The notes below the pieces were generated by a model that was not told the origin of the DNA, searched no databases, and was given only the letters and a program-made list of their open reading frames with translations. Both the position numbers and the translations under genes were made by a program. This document shows positions 24,235-36,799 of a DNA stretch of 52,525 bases, in pieces. Position 1 is the stretch's first letter; each line of letters starts with the position of its first letter. The DNA lies in NCBI GenBank assembly GCA_018398765.1, contig JAHBMJ010000229.1, forward strand, positions 1 to 52,525, read 5' to 3'. This stretch comes from Chromera velia (Eukaryota).

Positions 24235-24695
24235 TCACACACACTCACACACACACACACACACACACACGCACGCGAAAGCACAGACACACACACACAC
24301 ACACACAGACACACTCACTCACTCACTCACTCACTCACTCACTCACTCACAGTGCCTCGACTCCTGCTTTGGACCTCATCGACGGAAGAGAGATGGGCAG
24401 ACTGTGTGTTTCTTCCCCTTCCTGAAGCTCTTCGTGAGCAGACAGACAGACTGACAGATAGACAGACAAACAGAGAGGTTGCAGACTGATCGGTAGTTTT
24501 GTTGGGGCAGACGGCGAACAAATGCAACAGACCCACCGCATTCTGCGCGGGAGAGCACCTGGCATGAGGAAGAGAACTCTCCGACAACCCCCGAGGGCAC
24601 GCAGCACGCACCAGCGCACGCGACGTCGTTGCACATTTTGCCCTCGCCTTGGAAAAGGGCTTCTCCGACTGCGAGAAAGAGAGAGAGAGAAAGAG

Positions 24696-24737
<42 letters not shown>

Positions 24738-26277
24738 GGCATGGAGTGGCATTGAGTGAGGGAGAGAGAGAGAGAGAGAGAAAAGCTATCAAAGAAAGTT
24801 GCGTGGAATGGGGCCTGATGAGAGTTCTCTCTGTCAACGAACAAGCAGGCGAAGAGCGCAGGTGACGGAGTCCCTCACTCCTTCCATCCCGTCAGCCTCT
24901 TCCAGACCGAAGAAGGGAGGGAGAAAAGGAGCGCGTGAGAGACGGACCGCAGGTGGCGCGAGGTGTGTCCTCGCAGGATCCGTTGGCCTGGCAGCACGCC
25001 CCAGTGCACTCCACATCTGCGCACATCTTGCCGTTGCCCTGGAAGAGTCCGCCGTTTCCAGCTGCATCCAGAGCTCATGGGGCAAAATAGAAATTCAAAG
25101 AAATCAAAACATTCCCCCGCAAACCCAGGAGCACTTACTGCATGCATGAAATCAACACACAAACTCTTGCACACAGCTAGGTCTACACAGTAGGATTGAT
25201 GCAGTCTAGGTCATGCACGCCCGCCTCGCCATTCACGCACCGGCGGATCGCGGAAAAAGGAACAACAACATCAATTGACGGCAGCAGAGTCCGCATGCGC
25301 ACAGATGACACTGCTACTTTGCAGGCAGGGCAGACTGACCGACGGACCTACTGACTGACTCATTGACTGACTGACTGACTGACTGACTGACTGACTGACT
25401 GGCTGGCTGACTGACTGTTTGACTCACTGACTGACTGACTGACTGACTGACTGACCGCAGATATCGCGGCTCGTGACTTCACACGCCCCGGAGGCAGTGC
25501 AGCAGGCCCCGCGGCACTGAACGTCTGCGCACAATTTGCCGTCGCCCTGGTAGCTGCCGGAGGGGGAAAGTGCACCTGCATGCATGCATGCGTATTCACG
25601 AGAAAGAAGTAAAGATACGATCCAGTTTCGCGCTCCCTGTATGTGCACGCCGCTTTGATCTATTCTCTGCAGTACTCGTGTCTGCTAAAGGTCAGCCCGT
25701 CCCCGTGAGAGAGATGCGGACAGTTCACGGTCAGCGGCTCACTATCTTCTCTCCTTCCTTCTTTCCTTCCTTCGTTCCTTCCTTGCTCCCATCTGTTCTT
25801 TATTCTTTGATTTAAGATCTGTTCCTAGAGAAGCGCGACCCGACCAGCTTCCGCATTAATCCTCTTCCTTTTCCTCCCCTCCCTCACAGAACTTTCCGTC
25901 AACACGGATGAGAGACGGAGAGAGGGAGCAACAGAGAGACGGAGATGGAGAAACAGTGACGAGAAATGGCAACAGAAACGAAAGAAGACAGCACCCACAC
26001 AGCCGCAAGAAGCGTGCACATACACCAATGAATGCGCTTGAAAGTCGCGAGGGCTGGACGACGAGCAACGAGAGTGCGAAGAGGGCAAGGTGACCAACTG
26101 ACCGACCGCAAATGAGGCGGGTGGTGTCGAAGCAGTTTCCGTTTGTCTGACAGCAACCGCCAGTGCAGACAGCGTCTGTGCAGGCGGTGTTCTCCCCTTG
26201 GAACAACCCAGAAGTCATGGTCGCTGCACACTCACAGGCACAAGCACAGGTATGCATATGTATGCGGCCAGACACGC

Positions 26278-26312
<35 letters not shown>

Positions 26313-26550
26313 AGGGGGGGAGAGAAAGGGAGAGCCTTAGTGTTGGTGAGACAAAACGGAAGAGGAAAGCGAAGCAGCAAGCGCGAAGACTCAAAGAAGG
26401 AAAAAGAGACAGACTTTGACAGATTATGCGATGGGAAAAGGAAAGAAAGCATGATAGGAAGAAAGAAAGAATGAAAGAATGAAAGAATGAGAGAAAGAAA
26501 GAAAGAAAGAAAGAAAGGAAGCAAGAAAGAACGAACGAACGAACGAACGA

Positions 26551-26582
<32 letters not shown>

Positions 26583-26769
26583 GAAAGAAACAAACAAACA
26601 AACAAAGAAAGAAAGAAAGAAAGAAAGAGAGAACGAAAGAAATAAACAAACCAAGGGAGGAAGAAAGAAACAAAGAAAGAAAGAATGAATGAAAGAAAGA
26701 AAGAAAGAAAGAAAGAAACAAACAAAGGAAGGAAGGAAGGAAGGAAGGGAGGAGAAAGAAAGAAGCAAA

Positions 26770-26800
<31 letters not shown>

Positions 26801-28548
26801 TGAAAGAAAGAAAGAAAGAAAGAAAGAAAGGAAGGAAGGAAGGAAGGAAGGAAGAAAGAAAGAAACAAAGAAAGAAAAAGAAAGAAAGAAAGAAAGAAAA
26901 GAATGAAAGAAAGAAAGAAAGAAAGAAAGAAAAAGAGAAAAGAAGGAAGAAAGAAAGAAAGAAAGAGAGAAAGAAAGAAAGAAAGACAGACAGAAAGACA
27001 GAAAGACAGAAAGAAAGAAAGACAGACAGAAAGACAGAAAGACAGAAAAAAAGAAAAAAAGAAAGAGAGAAAGACAGAAGGACAGAAAGACAGAAAGACA
27101 GAAAGAAAGAAAAAAAAAAGAAAAAAAAAGGAAAAGAGAGAAAGAGAGAAAGAAAGAAGGAACACAAAGGACACCCGACTTACTGCAGAAGTTGCGGGAG
27201 GTGTCCTCGCAAGTACCGTCCGCCAGACAGCATGCACCAGTGCAAGAGACCTCGTTGCACATTTTCCCGTCTCCCTGGTAGAGCCCAGCAGGCATCGTGC
27301 CTCCTGCCGTGTTTGCTGCAATGATGCGTGCACAGCGGGATGGAGAAGGGGGACACGGGACGTTTGGACATCCTACGGAGTCACGCAGTCACACAATTCG
27401 TATTCATTCTCAACTGAACACAGTCTGTCTGTAGGAGAGAGAACCGCAGCGCCTTGCAAGCTAGAACTGAAAAAAGAACGCCATGCGCTATTGGCCCTAT
27501 GCACGCACATGTGCAAGGGTGAATAGCGGAGGTGTATCGGTATGCACAGGGCTGGAAGAAATCTCTTAGATCATCGCAAGCGCCACGCGTATGTTTGCGT
27601 TCACACAGATACAAACCATCCAGGCTTTATGTTTATTGGGACGGCAAAATCCCATCCCTCTTGACGTCCCGTTGATTGATTCACACACACGTGCAAAACA
27701 ATCATACGTACGCGCCTACGCGGACAAGATCAACCGAATTAAGGAAGATTCACTCACTCACTCACTCACTCATTCATTCACTCACTCACTCACTCACTCA
27801 CTCACTCACTCACAGACTCACTCACTCACTCACTCACTCACTCACTCACTCACTCACCGCATTGTGCGCGAGTTTGGTCCAGACACCCCTCGTCTCTGCA
27901 GCAGGCGCCAGTGCACGAGACCTCGTTGCACATTTTGCCGAAGCCCTGGAAGAAACCTGCATCCATCCATCCGTCCGGCCATCCAGGAAGAGCCAAGAAG
28001 AAAAGAAATGAGACATTGTGGGGTCGAATATGCAGCATGACAGTCGAGCGTCACGAGCACGCCAAGGTGGGGGGGGGGNGGGGGGGAAGTGGGGGGGAGG
28101 AAGAAGCTAGAGGGGGAAGGGAACTTTGTGTGTGCTTATCCTAGTCGAAAACAGACCGTGGAAGTGACGCAGATGCACCTAGTGGGGAGAAAGGAGAATG
28201 AAAATAATGCGGCGGGAGGCATCTCAGGGAAGCATCTCCCAGACAGACAGACAGACAGACAGACAGAGGCGGGGGGGTTGGGAGGGAGGCAGAGGGAAAG
28301 GGGAGACAGAATCAGGCGTTGGAAACGAAATGAAGAAATCGAACGGAGGGGGAACTGACCAGAGCACTCCCCACGCGTGGTGTCCTCGCAAGCTCCAGTG
28401 ATCCCACAGCATGCACCTGTGCAGGTGGTCTCGGCGCAGATGACCCCGTCTCCCTGGTAGAGTCCACCATTATTTTCTGCATGGAGGGAAACGAGGAAGG
28501 CAGGGAGGCCAGGGTACCTGCTTTCTCCTCTCTTTCTTGTTTCATTCT

Positions 28549-28579
<31 letters not shown>

Positions 28580-30174
28580 ATGTGTCGCCCTGCAAGACTC
28601 CTCTTGCACTCGCTGGGGGTACCAGAACTTAAGGAAGGTTGTACTTGCAGCATCATGTCTTCATCTCCCCACTCTCCGGCTCATGCAAAGACGCCGACTC
28701 TGGGGGGGGTGGACAGGAAGGAAAGGAGAAACCAGAGAAGAGAACTGGAGTAAAAAATTGAAGTCCGAAAGGAATGCAGCAGCGAGCAAGACCAGAGTGT
28801 GAAGGGGAAGGCGCATATAGGAAGAAGAACGGAATGCAAAGTGAATTTAAAGTACGCTCCCCTCCCTCCGCGGTGCGAATAGACAGCCGAGATACTCCAC
28901 TGCCTGCATGCGTCTCTACTGACTGCACACAATTAAGGTCATCTACTGATTGCATGGACTGACGGCAGGTTGCGCGATCGATAACAGTGCAGTTGCCCTC
29001 GTCGTTACAGCAGGCACCAGCACACACGGAGGTGCTACAGGTGCTCCCTTCCCCCTGGAACGTGCCGGCTGCAGGCAGGAAGGGAAACAAGAGTCAACAA
29101 ACAACCTCCCTCACATGCATCAACCTCACATGCATGGACAGGTGCAACTGCAACACAAGAAAGGTCTTCGGGACGTCCGCAGCAACAGGACGAAGATCAG
29201 AGCTCCAAATGATGACTGTCGTATCAATGTGAAGGGAGCTAGCTGGACAGTTGGGACAGGAGGTGTATGCATGAAGACACAAAGAGAAGAGAACGACGGA
29301 GAGAGGCGAAGGACAGTGCTCATCAGTGGAACACATTGCTGATAGACTTACCGCAAGCACCCCTGGCGGTGTCGGCGCACGTTCCACCGATGCAGCAGGC
29401 ACCCGAGCACGCAGTTGACGACAAGCAGTTGGTGCCGTCGCCCAGGTAGCGACCGTTGACGGTGACTGTTGGAGAGGTAGCGGGACAAGGAGAAACAGAC
29501 AGAAACACGCGGTGGCAAGGGAAAGAGAGAAAGGCGTGATTCTTCTGAAAGACAGACCAGCATTGATGCATGAAGCCTTCTCCTGTCTGCTTGCCAAGTT
29601 ACAGCTATTGGGGAAGGCGGGTGACTTTGACGACGAGCAACTAAGACAGCTAGTCAGAGAGCAGCAGACCACTCATGCACTAGCCGTCTTTCCGACACGC
29701 ACTCCGTCTGATTTATTGAAACCAATCCATTGGACTTCATCTCCCTGCCTTGCTTTCCAGCTACTGGCCAAGCCACTCTTCAATACCTGCGTGTCCCAAA
29801 CCTGCAGTCTGACCTCCCTCGTCTTGCACGCATGAACTGCTGTTTTCGCCTCAACGACCTGGCTCTTGAAAGCCTTCGGTTGACTCCCCTTCTCTCAATG
29901 GTCTCATTCGTTGGACGGGAAAACTAAAGGCTGACCGTCACCGCAAGTTGCGGGGCTGGTGACTGTGCAGCTCCCGTCGGTCAGGCAGCAGGCTCCGGGA
30001 CCGTTCGGACCTGCATGCAGAATTAAGCCATCTCAGGATGCACAAGAGGAAAAATGATCCCGCGAAGGAAATCGCATATCGGGATTTGAAAAAGCTGGGC
30101 TAGGGCTGACCCTGGAGCTGTCCATGGACATACACTGCAAGGTGCAGGAGCAGCAAAGCACTGATACGGAGCAT
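18442..30174 (-). CDS. Secreted cysteine-rich repeat protein (~820 aa, 21 exons, 19 GACC...YQGDG six-Cys modules)
   Basis: Exons (minus): 30174-30111 (signal peptide [21 protein letters not shown]), 30010-29942, 29465-29352, 29068-28964, 28476-28360, 27956-27858, 27315-27184, 26223-26107, 25575-25456, 25061-24948, 24668-24537, 24132-24019, 23634-23518, 23328-23215, 22705-22592, 22188-22075, 21560-21444, 21189-21073, 20611-20498, 19641-19507, 18668-18442 (TGA). All introns are GT-AG and phase 1; the total is 2466 nt with no internal stop seen. A few boundaries have in-frame alternatives (e.g. 29936, 27303). Confidence 0.9.
19135..19370. repeat. (AGAC)n/(AG)n intronic microsatellite
   Basis: Directly visible. 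Confidence 0.95.
19899..20470. repeat. Compound intronic microsatellite: (AGAC)n runs punctuated by CGATAG(G/A)T
   Basis: Directly visible. Confidence 0.95.
24179..24350. repeat. (CA)n/(CACT)n intronic microsatellite
   Basis: Directly visible. Confidence 0.95.
26455..27158. repeat. ~700-bp (GAAA)n-rich polypurine intronic tract
   Basis: Directly visible; source of many spurious FLS/KER ORFs. Confidence 0.95.
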
Positions 30175-31321
30175 TCTGGTAGACCGTGTCGCGATGAGGG
30201 GATACACAAAGCGGGTTGTGTCCGACTGACTCCTACGAACCGATCAAGGAATGGGATAGGAAATCAGGCACTAGCAGTTGGGAAGACGTGCAGTCTGATC
30301 TCTGAGATACGTGACCTGGCACTGCAAACTGGTCATCCTGTATTGCAAACGTTTTTTGACTTACCGATCGATCGATCGATCGACTTAATTGAGTTAATTA
30401 CCGATCGATCGACCCGCGTGCATGCACGCATGCACGCTGCAATTTTATAATTGCAATTAAGTTTGTTCGCGCGCATTCGCGCGCGAAGGCAAGTTTGAGA
30501 ATTAAGTTTGTCACTGTTTGTGCGTCGGACACTTACGGACACTGCATCCTCGGAAGGCAGCTCGGGTCAATCCGAAGCCCATGGAGAGAAGTATCGGAAA
30601 TTCGCACAAAAATTCTGGGTGCACGTCACGTGATTTTCAAGTCCCGCTATCTGAGTAACTACTGAATAAGGCATCCACTTATACGTCGGATTGGATGGGT
30701 ATACCTAGGTGTACCTCTTTTAATATTGATATTTTTAGCCACAATGATCGTCATGTTAAAATTATACACATAGTAAGATTCATATTCAAGAAAAAAAAAA
30801 ACATACTAGTTGTTCAAATGCGTCTGTAATCGATAGTTAAGTTTAAGTTAATTTAATAGTTTAAGTCAACATTGACGTTGAACTTCTTGAGTGAACTGAT
30901 TCAACCAACTTTACTAGTATATTAAATTTATATAATAAAAAAATATGCAACAACAGGTCTAATCGAGTAAAAGATATGTAAAACTGAATGCAAAGCTAAT
31001 GATCAGGGCTAAGCAACTTAGTCACTCGCCGCGGCGGTATGTTCAGGATTACAGAGTACGTCGTTCATGAAGAAAACAAAATTAAGTGTCACATACTGTC
31101 GGGTATCTGCTTTTCGAAAAGGTAATGATACCTAGTAAGCCAAAATAGCAAGTTCATTAGTAATTCCATCAGCAGTTCCACTAACAATTTTTTAGAATTC
31201 ATTATTATCATAACATTATTCAATTCAGCCTATACATTGATAATTATTTAGTCAAAGTAGATGATGATGAGTTTAGTGTTTAATAGGCTAGTTGGCAAGT
31301 GCATGCAGGTTCCCCTGCTTT

Positions 31322-34300
31322 CTAAAAATGACCTCTCACTTCTTGTGCTGTTGGAAGTGGGTTACTTCCCACAGGTGCACCTGCAGATGGAGCAATGCTG
31401 AAGCGAGACAGTTGTTTTTGCCGCTGCGGAGGGGCCACGGCGTTTGAGTAGTCGAACTCCCTTGTTGCCGATTTCGCGGTCAGAGGCTCCAGAGGTGCCC
31501 GTGCGGCTGCAGAGCCCCCTGCCCCCATGCGAGGTTCGCCAGGGTTCCTGCTGCAGAGAACATCAGCAATCACTGACACACATGAGTTGCCTTGACTTGA
31601 AGTGCACGTATCGATCGAAAGGGTTGCAGTTTTCCCTTGAAGGCAGAGCGGACGGCATACTTATCGAGAGGTTCGCTTTGCAGAGAGAGCTTGAGACTCG
31701 TACAGACAAAGACACGCATGTGGAGCGGTGAGACGAGAACAACAATGACAAAGTTCTCAGTAGAGAAATGCCCAACACCAACACCGCGATCTCGTACAAA
31801 AATTCTTTCGACAACACTTTTTGATTTGACCACCACACTGTCAGGTTCCCGATCCTCCCTGCAAAACAGAGGATGGAGAGGATCGCAATCACTTCAGTGC
31901 ACCTACCTATTCTTAGGGACAGTGCTGCTTTTCTGAGCACACGAGTTTAGTTCCGCTTGCACCCTCTTGTGCTTTCCCTTGCTGCTAGAACACGTCTGGT
32001 TCAAAAGTGGCGGCCTGCACGTGGACGTCATGAGAAATTGAGATAAAGTGGGGACTGATCGAGACGACAACACACCGCGCAGTGGGAGCCGAACTAAGAG
32101 ACAGTGCACAGGAGGTCGGGACATTGACAGGTGCGCGAATTGGCTCACAGACTCCCAACCGCATCCACACACTTACGCAGACAGAGAAAAAGAAAGAGAA
32201 ACAGCAGGAGGCAAAGGGAATCGGACCCCAGGATCAAAAGAAAGCCACACACAGGGAGGCAGGCAGGCCGGCAAAGGGTGTCATATAAAAAAAAGAGCAG
32301 GCCGCAGCGGGCACACACACACACACACACACACGCCGACGTACTCACAGAGAGGCAGGAATGCTTGCCAAAAGAGAGAAAGAGTTGCAGAACGGGAGAC
32401 GTATGGAGAGGCAAACAGACAGAAGAAGCTGCGCAGGGGGAAAGGAAAACGAATGCTGGGGGAAAGGAAAACAATGTCTGGAGAGACACTCGCGGATCTC
32501 TTCAGCGTTCGGTTCGCTTTGCAAGAAATATAGGGAGCTAGACAGGAGCTCAATCAGCCTAAAGATCCGTCAGACCCATTCACCGATATGCCTCTTTCAA
32601 CAAACATGATCAAGAGGAGCAGACTTAGTGCGTTCGTCTGTGCGGAGGATCTTGCCGCAGAGAGAAAACTCACTTTTCGTCTTTTTCTGCAGCCGACGAC
32701 TTCAGGGCTTGGACCTCCCGGAGAAGCTTGGAGTTCTCTTCCTCTACCCTCTTCTTCGTCTTCGCATCCCCCTGCACATATTAATATTAATATATTAGTA
32801 TAGTCAGTCAAACCATAGCTATTGGGGTATCAAAGCAAACAGCATGCGCAACCCACACCCACTCTTTCTTTCGTGTTCACTCATAACACAGGTCGGTTCT
32901 GAGACATGATCGATATATGACAAAATGAAGTCACGAACAAAAGAATCGCGAGAACAGTCTATCGATCCGTCGGTCTCTTGTGTGAACTTCGGACAGCCTG
33001 AGGCTCACACGCACGCACGTACCTTCAATTTGTCTATCAATTCGCTCTGACGCTCGCTTCTGCAAAAATTCAGCAGGGGTCAAAGAAGATGCCAGATTAG
33101 AGCCAAGCAAAAGAGGTCAGAGTAAAGGCTTAAAGAGCAAGAGGCAGAAGAAAATCGCAAGAGAAAATGGAGTAATTTCACACACACTCACGGGTACACT
33201 CTTATCGGCAGAATGACCGACAGACAGACAAACGGACACATAGACAGACAGATGGACCAAACGCGGCAACCAAGTGCACAATCAGGCAGGCAGGCAGGCA
33301 GGCAGGCAGACGACGGAAAGAGGAGAAGATAGCGAGACCCGGAGAACGAAAAGATGCACGGGGAAGGCAGGCAAGAATGGCTAGACACGCGCTTCTCCAA
33401 CTTCCTGACCGTCTTCTTGGTAGGTCAAGAAGCTTGAAAGACAGGCCGTTAGACTGATTCATGCGCCTCAATCAGCCAGTCAGCAAAGGTTTGAGGGGGT
33501 TCCTCTGTTCAGTTTGACTGCAGCTTCAACTCCTCATTTCTCTCAAAGAGAACAATTTAAACTGACTCTTTCGAAAATTGTTCCGCTGTTGTCTCCAGCT
33601 TCTTCACCCGAGCCTGTCGGACAGGAGAAGAGAAAAACAATAAACAGGGGGGCAAACATTTGACTAAGGCTCTTGTCGATTAATGGCAGCTCTTTTCTCA
33701 GTACCAATTCTGATCGACGCACGCATCATAGACTCAACCAGCTTTCTCAATCTGTAGGATTCACACAAGTGCGTCGTGGACAGCTAGGCAGACTTTTACC
33801 CTCCATCCCTCATGGTTTTCAAAGGTCTGTCAATCTTCTCGAGCGGCTCAAAGCCTGGATCTGAGCGTACCCGACGACTGACCTTCTCTTTGTTCAGGTC
33901 ACCCTCCAACGTTTTCAGCTTTCGTTGAAGGGCCACATTTTTTGCTCTCTCTCTGCGGGGAAATGATTCAGAAAAGGCGTGAGGAACGCCAGGCCTGACA
34001 AACTACCCAAAAGTGCTGGCTGAAGGCCCAGAAAGGGACCCTCACGGACATTCAGACCGACATCGAGCCAGGCAGACAGAGAAGAGCTTGCCAGGCGAGA
34101 AAAAGACGGGTGAACCTGACAAACTAGCAAGAGAAAGAATCCGTGAGCCAAAAATCTGTTCAATTACGACTACTTACTCTTGCAGCTGCTTCTTCAACTT
34201 TTCGTCTGCACCAGCTTCCGGCGGGCTGTTGGAGGAAGTGTTGCCACCCGGATTGGGCGACTGAGAGGCCCGGCGTCTGTTCCGCAGATTGGCTTGCCGC

Positions 34301-35539
34301 CTGCGGAGGTAGGTGCATGAGGAGACAGGGATGGATGGATTGAAGACCGGAGAATCAGGATTCAGCCGACTCAAGTGTCACCTAAATCCCCAGGGAGTTC
34401 CTGGCTGCATGTGCTTATCTCCCCGACTGGATGCTTGTGTGTGTATGCAGCAAACCGTATTGGGCACTCGTGGCACTTCTTCTGCGGAGCATTCAATCAG
34501 AATTGCTGCCTGTCTGCCTTCTGTTCATTTCTCTCCGGACTGTTTGGCAAAGAATATACATTGCCAGAGAGCCAAGCAGTCAAAGCAGTTCACTGGTTCG
34601 CAGACATTCCGTTTTTGGAGATTCTGTATACGCGTCTCTTTGTGTTTGCATGCACACACACGCAGCACTGTTCGGAATCATGGAACATGTCCACTTTGCA
34701 TGCGTTGGATGACTGACTGACCTTGGAGCATTTCGTCTTCTTTGGCGGTTCTGACGAGCTTCTGGTTGCTCCACCTCACTGGCTGCCTCACTGGAAACAG
34801 AGACAGTGTCTGCCTGAGTGGAGGCCTCCTCTGGGGGCAGCTCTGCAAGTGCTTTCTTTGTGCCCAAAATGAGAAAAAGGGCGTCGATTTTGAAAGCCCA
34901 CCAGTCTCTGAAGCAGTCCTTCATTCGCTCATCGGTTTCAACGAGCATTCCACGACCGAGACCCGGAATGCTCCCGGATGTCTCCCTCTGGAGCCTCTCT
35001 AGCTCAGTCAACAGTTCCGACCGCTTCTGCATGTAGACGGTTCTCTTTTCCTCAGGCACAAGGTGCCACTGACTGTGCTGCCCGACTCTTCGAAGTCGGT
35101 CGAGAAGCCCGACAAGCAGAGGCTTGATGACAGAGGTTTCATCGAAGGGGCGCCAAGGGGGGTGCTCCCAGCCTCCCGGGTGGAACCTTTGTGCGAGCTC
35201 CTCAAAGCTGGTGATCCAGTGCTGTCCTCTGGCGATGTGGTCAATGATACGAGCTCTCGTCCCTGAGTCAGTGCTTGTCAGCCAGACGTCAGGGTTTCTG
35301 GGCGAAAGATGTCGCACCAGGAATTGAAGGTCTAGGGTAGGCGTGACGAACACCTTGTTGTGCAATCCGCTTAGATTCAAGGCTTCAAAGTTGTTTGGCC
35401 TATCGAGGAGTTGCACATTGAACCGTTTTGCAATTCTGACATCAGAAAAGATAAAAGCCACGTAACATGACCTCAACTGCCCCCCAGGAGCATCGTCCTC
35501 CCACACACGGGGAACGTCTTCAAGTCCGACTTCTGTCAT
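31322..35539 (-). CDS. Multi-exon hypothetical protein with a C-terminal coiled-coil region
   Basis: Large exon 35539-34722, then phase-compatible exons 34300-34178, 33952-33883, ~33613-33567, ~32771-32674, ~32014-31907 and ~31550-31322, giving ...EKLKKQLQEERAKNVALQRKLKTLEGDLNKEKARVKKLE...RVEEENSKLLREVQALKS.... At least one internal junction is unresolved, the start is uncertain and no family was recognised. Confidence 0.6.
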
Positions 35540-36799
35540 GTCTGGAAAGACACCGTCTGGGCTGATTCACGACTGAAAAGGACGGTTCAGTAAGTCTCAA
35601 CGGTGGTCAACCCAAAGCGAAGAAAAGATATGGGTGTGGTGCTCACCGGTCGAACGTTTCTCTTGTTTTAGAGTAGCGAGGATTCCCCCGCTCGGATCAG
35701 CAACAGGTAAGGCAAAAAACTTTCTTCGCACCAATTCAGCTCTACTTTTGGTCAGACTGTGCTTTAACGCTTTCCTTTCTCTGGAGAAAACGATGCAATC
35801 TTCTGATTGGTCGAAAAAGTGGCTGAAACGGGTGGATAAAGAGCTGTGTGATCGACGACGAGGTCGGCCTCAATCGCACATCTGTCAGTCAGTCAGTATA
35901 TTAATACGGGATACACCCAACCAGTTGGGTGAGTGCCTCGGGGGGCCATTTAGGGGGTCGGCCATAATTTGATTGCATGCGCATGATGAAAACCATCAGG
36001 GGCTTGGGCATGTCTTGCCCGACATGCATGCATGGGCAAATGGCGGGGGCCACGGCAACGTGCGCAAAATATGCTTTTCGGGACCGCGCATGAACACATA
36101 TGCAATTAACTCCGTGCGAGTTACTTGAGGGGCACGTATCATGAAGAGCGAAGTATGTATGCCGTGGCCCCCGGCCATGGTATCTGTTAAGGCCCTTAGC
36201 CACACCTATGGAAAAAAAAAAGTCGAATTACCAATAAATCGGGTTACATTTGCCTTTCGGGACCTGCGCTTTCCGGCAACTGTATGTACAGCGCGTGCAT
36301 GGCAAACATGCACCTTTTGTCTAACCTTGATGTATCGGTACATATACAAAAACACACATGGAGGGGAATTGTACGTAGATTCGATCATCTGTGTAGTTTT
36401 TAAGGAAGGTGATAAAGCACACCGTCTAAGTGAAGCTGTTCTGAATTGCTCCGTTATTTGACTATGCTACCAAGCTTAGTAGCAAGTTAAGACATGCCGC
36501 CTTACAAAGTTAGGAGTAAGCCGCACCACGACTAAGTGTGCTTAACAAAGAGGAAAAACGGTTAATTTGATTTGCAGGAACCTCTTTTTGCCTATCTTCT
36601 TTCTCTCTACTTAGCCCCTCTTATCATTCTTCAGCACCTGGTTTCTCGACTTCCTTCTACCTCCACTTAAAGATTTGGGACGTAAAATACTGTCTATACA
36701 TAGTGTGTGTCGCTGTGAATGCTGTAGTATTCTCTTTAAAATGTTGTGGAGAGGCTTACCGCGTATTGGTCCAGCGCTTGGTGAGTTCAAGAGGGAGAG

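Noticed and set aside
25856..27526. Long ORFs of 200-479 aa (FLSF.../KERK...), and similar SVCL, SLSL and THTH ORFs elsewhere
   Set aside because: Stop-free translations of intronic microsatellites; only the short embedded Cys-rich exons are real.
30537..30582. Upstream ATG exon (MGFGLTRAAFRGCSV, GTAAGT donor) as start of the Cys-repeat gene
   Set aside because: The ATG at 30174 gives a clean signal peptide and a phase-compatible 100-bp intron. The upstream block may be a 5' UTR or alternative exon but cannot be supported as coding.
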